A DNA stretch of 64,000 bases from Anaerohalosphaeraceae bacterium (GCA_963675525.2 CAXXSL010000011.1:416001-480000); one strand, 5' to 3'. Positions 29,600 through 40,442 are shown, numbered from the stretch's first letter. Numbers and translations: made by a program. Notes: a model not told the origin generated them from the sequence alone.

Positions 29600-31693
29600 C
29601 TAAAAAACGCCCGACAGAAAAATGCCCGCCTGATAAACGCACAGCGTCACCACATACGCAAGCACCGTCAAGCCCAAATACTGAAACATCGCCCATTTCC
29701 ACGTCCCCGACTCCTTCCAGGTGATCGCCACCGTCGCCACACACGGTGCCGTGATCAGGCAGAACAGCATCACGCAGAATCCCTGCAGTGGTGTATAATC
29801 GGCCTGCAAATGCTGTTGAAGCGCTTTGGTGTCTTCGCCCGTGTCACCCAGCGCATAAATGATCGAAAGTTGCGAGACAAACACCTCTTTGGCCGCCGAC
29901 GCCCCGATCAGCGCAGTGCCGATCTTCCAGTCAAAGCCCAGCGGACGGATAACCGGCTCGATCGCCTTGCCAACGCGTCCGGCAACGGAGTATTGCAAAA
30001 CCGCACTCTGCTGCTGTTGGGGCGTCAGTGCCGCCAGATCCTCTTCTGCAGGTCGGGGGTAACTGATTGCCGCCCACAAAACGATCGAGATCACAAGGAT
30101 CACCGTCCCGGCTTTTTTCAGGTACATCCATCCGCGAAACCACATATGGATCAGCAGCCCCTTGGCCGTCGGCATCCGGTACGGAGGCAGTTCCATCACG
30201 AACGGGATCGTCTCGCCCTTCAGCAGCGACTTGCGCAAAAGCTGAATACAGACGATCGCCAGCAGGATGCCGATCAGGTAGATCAAAAACATCACCGGAC
30301 CCTGCATATGTTTCGGAAAAAATGCCGCCACAAACAGCGTATAGATCGCGATCCGTGCCCCGCAGCTCATCAACGGGATCACCAGCATTGTCGCCAGCCG
30401 GTTCCGCCGGTTCTCAAGGATCCGCGTGGCCATGATCGCCGGAACCGAACAGCCGAAACCGATCAGCATCGGGATAAAACTTTTGCCATGCAGCCCGATC
30501 TTGTGCATGATACGGTCCATAACGAATGCCGCACGCGCCATATAACCGGTATCTTCAAGAAACGCGATCCCCAGGAAAAGAATCAGGATCGTCGGGCAGA
30601 AAAATAACCACACCGCCCACGCCGCCCGATGATCCCATCAACGATCAGCGACCGCAGCGGCAGCAGCGTTTCCGCGGGCCAGAAAATAATAGATCGCCGA
30701 ACCCAGCCAGCCGAACAGATGCTCCAGCCCCGCCATCGGGTAGCGCCCGATCTTGAACGTCAGGTAAAAGACCGCATACATCAAAACCGCAAAGATCGGC
30801 AGCCCCGCATAGCGGTTTGGTCAGCACCGCGTCGATCTTGTCACTGACATCATGACGTATCTGAACGGTGGTTTTAATCGTTTCCTGGCAGACGCCGGAA
30901 ATCACCCCGTACCGCCGGTGTCCGCGATCAGGATATCGGCAGGGTCGCCGAAGATTGTTTTAAGATGCTCCCGGCTCCCGGCAACCTGCTGCCGCACATC
31001 CGCCGCCCTGATCCATCCGCTGACCTCCGCATCCGCTTCCAGCAGTTTCAGCGCGATCCAGCGAACCGGGTACTTCGACGCAAAGGCCCCCTCGGTCTGA
31101 TTCAGCAGCGCTTCAATTTTCGACAGCTCTTCCTCGATCTCATCGCCGTAATGAATCCGCAGCCCCTTGGACGCATCATCGGCCTGGGCCGTTTCGACCA
31201 TCGCATCCAGAAGGTCGCCAACCCCCTTCTTCTTGCTGGCCACCATCGGAACGATCCGCACGTCCAGCAGCAGTTCCATCTGCTCCAGATCAAACACCAG
31301 CCCCCGGCTTTCCGCGACATCCGACATATTAAACACCAGTATCAACGGCACCTGCATTTCCATCAACTGGGTCGCCAGGTAGAGATGACGCTCCGGATTT
31401 GACGCGTCCAGGATATCGACCACCACGTCGGGGTGCGCTTCAAAAATAAAATGCCGGGCCACCAGTTCCTCGGCCGAATACGCCGTCAGGCTGTACGTGC
31501 CGGGAAGGTCCACCAGGGCCAGTTCATACCCCCCATGCCGGCAGATCCCCTCTTTCTTTTCGACCGTCACACCGGGATAATTGGCAACATGATGCCGCGA
31601 ACCCACCAGCGCATTGAACACCGTGGTCTTGCCGCTGTTCGGATTACCCGCCAGGGCAACCAGTATCTTGTTATCGGTATCTTTGGACGGCAC
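29600..31693 (-). CDS. feoB: Ferrous iron transporter FeoB, split by several indels at ~30590-30925
   Basis: GNPNSGKT, NYPGVTVE, DLPG GTPase (30902..31693); middle fragment; LEDTGYMARAA, GFGCSVPA, ELPPY membrane domain (29600..30613). Confidence 0.9.
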
Positions 31694-31736
31694 GATTCAT
31701 TCCTATGATAAAACAACCTACATCGCCGCACGCACT

Positions 31737-31793
31737 GTCATTCCAAGCGCAGTCGAGGAATCTGTTTAAAACAGCTTCGCCGAAGGCGAATCC
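31737..31793. repeat. REP-like palindromic repeat, family A copy 3
   Basis: GTCATTCCAAGCGCAGTCGAGGAATCTGTTTAAAACAGCTTCGCCGAAGGCGAATCC. Confidence 0.8.
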
Positions 31794-31840
31794 ATAATTA
31801 AATTTCTTGCTCTGTAGAAAACATCCCATCTCAGGTCTCA

Positions 31841-31925
31841 GGCCCTGAAAGGGCCGTCAGTCACTTAGCCGGGGGTGTTAACCCCCGGGAAAAGGATTAA
31901 AAAAATCCAGCCCCGAAGGGGCGAA
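31841..31925. repeat. Multi-hairpin REP-like element
   Basis: Four hairpins in series: GGCCC-TGAAA-GGGCC, CCGGGGGT-GTTA-ACCCCCGG, GGATT..AATCC, GCCCC-GAA-GGGGC. Confidence 0.65.
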
Positions 31926-31973
31926 AGTAAAAAAAGAGCTTTTCGACAGCGCATAATTTCTAAATTTTAATTT

Positions 31974-32225
31974 TTAAACATCTGCCTTAATCAACGTCAC
32001 AAACACCTTCTGGCTCATACCCCGGCCGAGGATCACTTTTGAACTTTTAACCGAAACGATGATCTGACCGGCTCCGTCATTGCGAACAACCTTGATGACC
32101 TCATTTTTCAGCAACCCCATTGCCGCCAGCCGGTTTGTCAAGCCCTGCCCCGAATCGATACTGACGATCCGGACACGGTTGCCGGGCCCAACTCCATCCA
32201 ACGCGATCACATCTGAGTTTGACAT
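31974..32225 (-). CDS. feoA: Ferrous iron transport protein FeoA
   Basis: RLAAMGL, VILGRGMSQKVFV; lies between dtxR and feoB. Confidence 0.9.
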   Translation of the reverse strand: MSNSDVIALDGVGPGNRVRIVSIDSGQGLTNRLAAMGLLKNEVIKVVRNDGAGQIIVSVKSSKVILGRGMSQKVFVTLIKADV

Positions 32226-32244
32226 CGTTTGCCTTCGTTCCTTT

Positions 32245-32703
32245 TCAGTCTTTGTTTACCGAATGCCAATAGTCTTGAAATTGCCCCACAACGCTGTCGG
32301 CGTCATCCTGTCCCTGCGTCACAAAGTCCACAAAGCTCACCAACCGCGAGGTGATCTCCGGACCCATCGTATGCTCGGCCCGGCAGGCCGCCTCATGCGC
32401 CGTCTGCTCATTAACGCCCAGCACCTCCGCAAAGAACCGCCGCAATATCTCATGCCGACCGGCAACACGCACCGCCGGCTTGCGCCCTTTCTCGGTCAGG
32501 GTGATGTAGCCGTAGGGCTTGTAATTGACCAGCCCCTTCTCACTCAGCACCCGCAGCGCACTGGTCACAGAAGCCCGCGAAACACCAAGCCGCTCGGCAA
32601 TATCCTTACTGCGGGCAACCGTCTCGGCATCCGACAGGTGATAGATCGCCTCAAGGTAATCTTCCAGAGAAGCACTCAATTGTGGTTTTGGGTCAATACT
32701 CAT
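32245..32703 (-). CDS. DtxR/MntR family metal-dependent repressor
   Basis: SLEDYLEAIY, DIAERLGVSRASVT, RHEILRRFF, EAACRAEH. Confidence 0.93.
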   Translation of the reverse strand: MSIDPKPQLSASLEDYLEAIYHLSDAETVARSKDIAERLGVSRASVTSALRVLSEKGLVNYKPYGYITLTEKGRKPAVRVAGRHEILRRFFAEVLGVNEQTAHEAACRAEHTMGPEITSRLVSFVDFVTQGQDDADSVVGQFQDYWHSVNKD

Positions 32704-32745
32704 ATTAGTTATAACTAATATAGTTAGTTAAGACTAACATTTCAA
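32702..32745 (-). promoter_or_regulatory. Promoter and tandem palindromic operator of the dtxR-feoAB operon
   Basis: Minus strand TTGAAA-17 nt-TATATT; perfect 20-bp palindrome ATATTAGTTATAACTAATAT (32702-32721) and GTTAGT-TAAG-ACTAAC (32723-32738). Confidence 0.75.
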
Positions 32746-32894
32746 GCAAATTCCCCTGCTTTTTTGTGGAATATTTAAAACTTTTCATCAATCCCGGCCG
32801 AAAATCCCACCCCAATCGTCAAACCAAACTCAACCGCCAATCATAAATCGTCTATTGTCAATCCAAACTCAATCCAAATTAACGGGGCTTTTCC

Positions 32895-35800
32895 TCACCG
32901 TCCCGGCTTTGAATAGGATCTCGATTGAATCCTTTCGAACTTTTTCGTTTGTTGCTTTTTAGGCATGAGATCGATCACACGGATACTGTCCGTCCCATAG
33001 ACAAACTGCCCGCTTTCGAGTTTTACAACCAGCGTGATCTCCTGCATCGTATTGGCCGTCAGCTCATCCCGCAGTAAATCCGCATCATAGAAAGCGACAA
33101 CACTGGCCCTGCGATGCCACCCTCGCCCGGCCCGCAGAACCCGTTGCCACGACGGCTCAATATCCCCCGGCAGCAAAAGCATGGATTCATCCGGATCAAG
33201 GGCATCGGCCCCAACGCCGTCCGGCAAGGTCAGCCGAGCCGACAATTTTATCCGAATGCCGCTTCAGATTGAAGACCCGCGGCAAATCCCTCGCATCCGT
33301 CTCAATCGCCTCAACTACGGTAACAACACAAGAATCCGGCTCCGAATCTTCAATGCCGTCATTGACGATTAACTCGATGATATGTTCCCCAACACCCAGC
33401 ACCACCTCCGGCTCTGCTCCCTTAGCAATCAACTCATTCGCATCATTATACCAGAAATACGCCAACACATCCCCATCAGCATCAGACGACCCTGTACCAT
33501 CCAACTGCACCATTGCGTATCCATTAACCCAAGCATAGACCGTCAGGTCCACCCCTGCATCCGCCACCGGCGCAGTATTTTCCCATCTTAACTGAGGATA
33601 TGTCTCCCCTTCCTGACGAATAAACCAGACTTCTTCAAAATCCCAGCATGCTTCAGTAAAAGTGGACATTGTTTTCATTTCGGTCGTTGTCTTACCTGTT
33701 ACGTCCGCAGGCTCTGGGGCCAGCGGGGGTACAGCGCCTATCCCAACATCTATTCCGGAAGTTTCCATATCCCAAAAACAACTCTCAAAAGTACCTATTC
33801 CGAACAAAAATCTAAAATTTTCTTCGAAAATTGTTCCTACAAACCCACCAACATTACTTTCACCGACTACCGGCCCTTTCGCATAACAATAATTAATGGT
33901 ACCGTAGTTATCTCCCGCTAATCCACCAACATTGCTTTCACCAGTAACCAAGACAGAGGCATAGCTTTCGCTAATCGTATCATTAACAGGCCCCTTAAAG
34001 AGCCCGCTGCCAACATTACATCCCACTAAGCCGCCAACAGAAGTACGACCTGTCACCACACCATTAACATAACACGCACGGATCATGCCTCCATAATTTA
34101 TCCCTGCCAAACCACCGACATATGAATCGCCTGTAATATGAACATGCTCCAAACCCAGATTCCTTATTTCACCATCGGAGCTGACCTGGCTGAAACGATG
34201 GAAACCAATACTGCCAAACAAACCGACACAATCATCACCGGGCTGATTGATAGCCACATTCGATATCACATGACCTGCCCCATCAAAAACACCGGTAAAG
34301 GATCCCATGTCGCCGATCGGATAGAGCTTCACGCTATCCATATTAATATCCGACTTCAATACAAAGTGTTTATCAAGAACGGATGGATACCAACTTAGAA
34401 GAGCAAACTCTTCCGCGGTCCAAATTTGATAAGGATCAGTCTCGCTGCCGCTACCATTCAATGAAATCGGATTGGCTGGAGGAATTGATGGAAAACCCGT
34501 TCCTTCCCAAGCCAAACGCGGAGTATCGAAATCGTCTGACATGCTCCATATATCACCCCATCCGGCGTTCTGGAAAATAGAAAATGTCTTCATTTGTGAC
34601 GAGGTCAGGCCCTTGCCCCCGCTGCTGCCGGCAATACCGGAAGATTCCACATCCCAGAAACTGCTTTCGACAGCACCTAAATTCTCTCCTAATAATCCGC
34701 CCACGTCTGTGTTTCCTGTCACTGGGCCTTGGCTAAAACAGTTCCTGACAGTCCCTCCGCTTGTACCCAAAATCCCCCCAACACTTTCATTTCCATTGAC
34801 ATGCATAGAAGAATAACAGTCCTGTATGTTTCCACCACTCTGTCCTAACAGGCCCCCGACCCATAAGTCTCCACTGACATAACCTGTACTAAAACACCGT
34901 AAAACATCACCAGTCGACCCGTCGATTGCCCCAATAAGTCCACCGACATTCTCACTACCATAAACAGTTGCAGAGACTTGGCATTCTTCAATGGTTCCGG
35001 AATTCCTTCCTGCCAGTCCCCCGACCATCCGGTCCCCTTGCACGAAACCGCCAACAATCGAACAATTCGCTAAACGACCGGAACAAAAACCAACAAGCGA
35101 GCCGACACCATATGACTCTGGCGAGGTGATGACGGGATTAATCAATACAAGATTCTCACAACCGCCATAATTGTTAATATCGGAAAAAAAACCAACTCCG
35201 CTGATTTTGCCAAAACCTAAAGCAAGATTAGAAATCGCATGGTTATTACCGTCAAATACGCCGTCGAACCAATTCTTTATTAAATAATTATTCACGCCGC
35301 TGCCCAGCTTGTTAATTTTTTTAGAGGAGGATGATGTCCAGTATACACTGGGCCCCGGGAATTCCAGACCGATGCCGTCTTCGTACTGCAGATTAGTCCC
35401 TTCAAGCTTAATCGGGTTACTGCCATCCATGTTCGCTTGATACACCCCTTGGTATTGAGTCCAATAGATCTTGCCCGCGGCCACATCCAATGCGATTCCT
35501 TTGACACTACGAATATTTGATGCCGCGACCTGAAGTGAGCCGCCATCCGGGTTGCATTTTAAAATGCTATCTCCATCAGTAAAATAAACCTGACCGTTCT
35601 CCTCATCGACAGTAATTCCCCTCGGACCTGTCAACCCGGCAAGAATAACGTTTTGGTCTGTTCCATCAACATTGACCCGTTTGATTTGACCGTCGTAAGG
35701 TTCTGTCCAGTAAATTCGGCCTCGGGTAGTATCGCATGCAATGCCATATGGCTTGCTCACTCCGACGCTGGTAATCGTTTCAATATCACTCCCATTGAAG

Positions 35801-36246
35801 TTAGCACGTTGTATCTTATCCGCATTTCCCCAGTAAATCTTCCGGCCTATAACATCAAGAACGATTGATACCGGTCTGGCCGCGTTCTCACCGATTACAA
35901 TCTCCATGTGACTGCCATCCGTATTCGCGCGGTAAATACGGTAATAGTTTGTATCAACCCAGTACATTTTTTTCTCATTGCTGTCGACTTTAATGTCTCG
36001 GGGGTAAGATAAAACGTCACGCCCGATCATGCTGAATTGTTCATATGTGTCTTCAGCCATGTCGATATCAGCCATGAGCTTGAAATTCATATCCCAGTGT
36101 CCGGGGCTCTGCCCAAATTCTATAAGGTCATTCAGATTGTATATCAAATAGGGGTCATTGGGGTCGCCGGTTCCACCCGAATAGTTTGCATAGACGCAAA
36201 GAGTAAGACTGTAAATGACCAAGAGAAGGGTGAGTTTTTTCAACAT
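32895..36246 (-). CDS. Large secreted GLUG-repeat protein with YWTD-type beta-propeller and PKD-like domain; frameshift near 33245
   Basis: Signal peptide, GGTGDPNDPYLI, repeated VGGLVG/VGGLAG, KIYW/RIYWT repeats, PVADAG..LDGTGSSD; C-terminus continues in ORF 32895..33245. Confidence 0.85.
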
Positions 36247-36824
36247 GTTGCCTCCAATAAAAAATATTCTTACTCCAACAAGCATCCGAATTTCTACAAT
36301 AAAGACCGGATTTTTACTGTTGTGTTACATGAAACCTTTCTTCTTTCAAAAAATGGGATTAATAACAGTGTGCTATTAAGAAAGTCGCATCCTTACCAGT
36401 TTAACCCCGACAGAAGAAACCACAAGTCTAAATAGCAGACTTGTTCTTCCAAATTACATAAATGCCCCATTAATTATTGTTATTATCGGCCTTAAGGAGA
36501 AGGAAATTGACTCTTTCTTCCATAAATCACGTAAATCCGAACAATTTTCTCTTTTGTTTAAATCACTAAAACCTTCGATTTTGGAATGTGTTTGGGATTT
36601 CGAGCTTTCCGTATCCTCAGGACTATAGACTCTGGATGCTTCGCATCCAGATGACACTTTTTCTGCATGTACTATCTTGCTATCCACCAAAAAAATAAAA
36701 AATATTATCCCTTTTTTCATAAGCACTTACGCATTTTCGACCCCTCGAAAATCACCAAAAATCGCACCAAACACGCACGTTCGCCCCTAATACGGGGGGC
36801 TTAGTTTTTTGAAAATTAGAATAG

Positions 36825-37910
36825 GATCTTTTAACAATTGAATCAGAGTGCGAGCAACCCGCCTCGCCTGGCTAAAAAACAGCCAACAAAAACGCCATGG
36901 CGCACCTGTCCGTCGTAGCTTCAGCGAAGATGAAAGCCATGCGAATATCGTATCGCGCCCAAAGTGTCAATTCACGGGGAAGTTAGCATTTTTGATACAC
37001 CCTTTTTCGCAAAACAAACCCAATCTTAATATTTCCTTAATACCGACAACCTTTTTCCATAAATAGACTTACAGTAAAAATTCGAAAAAACATTAAGGAA
37101 ATATCAAACCCAAACAAACCCAATCTTCTTGAGTCCATGGGATAAATTAAGGGGTCAGACACCTTTTTCTTCCCTATTTTCTATTATCAAACCCAACGCC
37201 CGCCAACATTGATAAACCTTCAATATTTTTACCCGCGGCAAACGCCGCTTCCTCAATTCAAAATACCAATCGACAATCGTCCATCGTCATTCGACAATTG
37301 CCAATTCCCTCTACCCTGTTTCGCGTGAAAATCCCCGAAATCTGTGGATAAAAAGTTTTACATTTATCTAACTTTTGGTATAATACACAAAATTGGATAT
37401 TCACAATTAAATAGAGTGCGAGCCCCGCTATCTCGCCCGGCCCCCAACAATGGTCATCCTGAACGTAGTGAAGGATCTATTTAAAAAGCCATCTGGAAGA
37501 AGTCCACATTCTTGGGTTCTTATGTTCTGGAGTTCATGAGTTCTTTGAGCAACCTTTTTTACAAAACGAACCCAATTTCCTCCGCAGTAAAATGACTGTA
37601 AGTCATTATCTTATTCTGACTTCTATCTTCTATCTCCTGACTTCTGCCTGTAAATCGAACCCAATACGAACCCAATTTCGCCCCCAAGTACCCCCTACTC
37701 GCGCACCCCGTTTCCAGCCCAAAATCCACGATTTTGCTTTGAAATTCATAAAAATCCCCCTTCTTGCTTACAATAATCACGAACCCAATATAGCCCCAAG
37801 TACCACCACGACAGCAATGCAATATACTGCACTCAAACCCCCCAAAGAACGCAACACCCTCATTTAAAATAGCGCCACGCGAACCCAACCAAACCCAATA
37901 CAAACCCATT
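36825..37910 (+). repeat. Non-coding locus of tandem modular repeat units (AGAGTGCGAGC leader plus 115-bp AACCCAAT element)
   Basis: Two aligned units with leaders at ~36825 and ~37395; about 11 AACCCA(A) boxes; 7- and 8-mer tandem repeats; no credible ORF. Confidence 0.75.
37357..37384 (+). promoter_or_regulatory. Sigma70-type promoter reading into the non-coding repeat unit
   Basis: TTTACA-16 nt-TATAAT with TG extension; next gene (glmS) is ~650 nt away. Confidence 0.6.
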
Positions 37911-38032
37911 TGGGGTCTTCTCTGCCGTCCCGGCCCCTTTTTGCTTTACAGGCGGCGGCTTTTTGACGATAATACCACCGTACAAAGAACACCACCGAAT
38001 CGAAGCGAAAATACAAACTTAAGGATGAAAAA

Positions 38033-39902
38033 ATGTGTGGAATAGTAGCCTATTTCGGTAAAAAACCGGCCCAACCGATCCTCATCGAGGGCCTTAAGCG
38101 CCTCGAATACCGCGGCTACGACTCCGCCGGCATCGCCCTGATCAAGGACGGCCAATTTGAAATCTGCAAGACCAGCGGACGCATTGCCAACCTCCAGGAA
38201 ATTCTGGCCCCCGTCGACGCGGTCACAACCGTCGGCATCGGGCATACCCGCTGGGCCACCCACGGCGAACCCAATACGGTCAACGCTCATCCGCACACCG
38301 ACTACTCCGGCAAGATCGCACTGGTCCATAACGGCATCATCGAAAACTACGCCACGCTCAAAAAATGGCTCACCAAAAAAGGCTGCACATTCAAAAGCGA
38401 AACCGACACCGAAGTGCTGGCCAACCTGATCGGCTATTTCTACGAAAACTGTCAGGCTAAAAACGGCAACAAAGCCCCGGATGACTGCAACCGCTTCGAG
38501 TGGGCCGTTCAGCAAGCGCTCAATGAAATTTACGGCACCTATGGTTTGGCCATCATGTGCCTGGATTGCCCCGATGTCATGATCGGCGTCAAAAAGGGAA
38601 GTCCGCTGATCCTCGGTGTCGGCGAAAACGAATACATCCTCGCCTCGGATGCTTCGGCCATCGTCGAACACACCACACAGGCGGTCTATCTGTCAGACGG
38701 TGAAATGGTTTCGATCCACCCCGAAGGCTTTACAACCAAGACCATATTGAATAAAGAGGTCGAAAAGGAACTCAAAGAGATCGAATTCTCACTCGACCAG
38801 ATCGAGCTTGAGGGCTTTGATCATTACATGCAGAAAGAGATCGCCGAACAGCCCGAGGCCCTGCGAACCTGCCTGAACGGCCGCGTCGATGTCAAGAATG
38901 GGCGCGTCGTCCTCGGCGGCATTCAAACCATGCTGCGCGACCTGACCCGAACCAAGCGCATCATCATCACCGCCTGCGGCACGGCCTGGCACGCGGGAAT
39001 CGTCGGCGAATTCCTGTTCGAGCAGTTGGCGCGGATTCCCACCGAAGTTGAGTACGCCAGTGAATTCCGCTATCGCAACCCGATCGTCGAAGAAGGCACA
39101 CTCGTGATCGCTATCAGCCAGTCCGGTGAAACCGCCGATACCCTGGCCGCCATCGAACAGGCCAAGGAACGCGGCGCCATGGTTCTGGGCATTGTCAATG
39201 CCGTCGGCTCCACCATCGCACGTGTCACCGACACCGGTGTTTACCTGCGGGTCGGACCGGAGATCGGCGTCGCCAGCACCAAGGCCTTTACCGCCCAGGT
39301 ATCCGTACTGGCGATGCTGGCCATCGAGCTGGGACGCAGACGCCACCTGAGTTCGGAAATGGCACGGAATCTTCTGGGCGAACTGATGAAGATTCCGGAT
39401 AAGATCGAAAAGATCCTCGCCCTGGACGATGCCATCAAAGAGATCGCACGGGGCCAATATGCACAAAGAGAACTGGCTGTTCCTCGGACGCGGATTTAAT
39501 TATCCCGTCGCGCTGGAAGGTGCCTTGAAACTCAAGGAGATCAGCTACATCCACGCCGAAGGCCTGCCCGCAGCAGAAATGAAACACGGCCCCATCGCAT
39601 TGATCACCGACAACATGCCGACCGTCTTTATCGCCACCCGCTGCTCGCAGTATGAAAAACTCATCGGCAATATCGAAGAAGTGCGTGCCCGCGGCGGACG
39701 AACCATTGTCGTGGCCACCGAAGGCGATGAGGACATCAAGCCCTATGCCGACTACCTGATTTCGGTCCCGGATACGCTCGATGAACTCCAGCCCCTGCTG
39801 ACGGTTGTCCCGCTGCAGTTACTGGCCTACCACGCCGCGGTCCTGCGGGGCCATGACGTGGACAAGCCCCGGAATCTCGCCAAAAGCGTTACCGTCGAAT
39901 GA
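38033..39902 (+). CDS. glmS: Glutamine--fructose-6-phosphate aminotransferase; one frameshift at GGGG 39450-39453
   Basis: [30 protein letters not shown], then [26 protein letters not shown] in the shifted frame. Confidence 0.96.
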
Positions 39903-39910
39903 TCGGCGGC

Positions 39911-40379
39911 TTACCGTCGAGCAGCAGGTGAACGACGGACCGCCTTTTTGACTTTTTTCTTCGTCTTGTGACTGATGTCGGGGGTGTGTCCGTCGATGAT
40001 CTTCATTGCTTTTTTTGACATCGGCAACCTTGAGGATGCCCGTGGTGCGGCCGCCGCGTGCGCCCGCGGTACAGTAGGCATACGAAATATTGATATGGGC
40101 CTTGGACAGTTTTTCCGTCACATCGGCAAACGCTCCGGCCTTGTTGGGCAGGTTCAGACACAGCACCTGTGTTTCGCTGTAATGCATATTCATTTTATCC
40201 AGCGTTTCGCGTATCTTTTCAGTGTTATCGCCGACCAGACGCATGACGCCATGCTCGACCGAATCCATCATCGTCATCGCCACGATATTGACCTTGGTCG
40301 CGGCCAGCGATATCAGGAGTTGAGATAAAACGCCGGGTTTATTGACCATGAAAATTGAAAATTGTGTGTCTAAATGCAT
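39911..40379 (-). CDS. ACT-domain protein; frameshift in a 7-nt run at ~40010-40016
   Basis: QFSIFMVNKPGVL..NIVAM, LPNKAGAFA..INISYAY; removing one base gives VKKAMKII..AARR-stop at 39911 and removes the overlap with glmS. Confidence 0.8.
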
Positions 40380-40442
40380 GGCTGTATCCTTTCATAAAGA
40401 GTCGTTGCCCGTTCCCGCGAAGAAACAGGCGGATACTGTGTA

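Noticed and set aside
36454..37909. Short ORFs 36454..36726, 36848..37066, 37559..37909 and 37592..37867 as real proteins
   Set aside because: They lack clear RBSs and recognisable motifs and mostly run through DNA repeats; the equivalent frame in unit 1 is interrupted by stops.
36300..38030. CRISPR array or rRNA/tRNA in the long intergenic region
   Set aside because: Repeats are 8-15 bp with uneven 10/100-bp spacing, there are no 25-45-bp identical repeats with unique spacers, no cas genes, and no recognisable rRNA or tRNA sequence.
37920..38032. glmS ribozyme upstream of glmS
   Set aside because: No recognisable ribozyme core by eye; an Rfam search would be needed to exclude it fully.
39429..39499. 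Programmed frameshifting in glmS
   Set aside because: No slippery heptamer or stimulatory structure, and the same +1 pattern recurs in unrelated genes, pointing to sequencing error.
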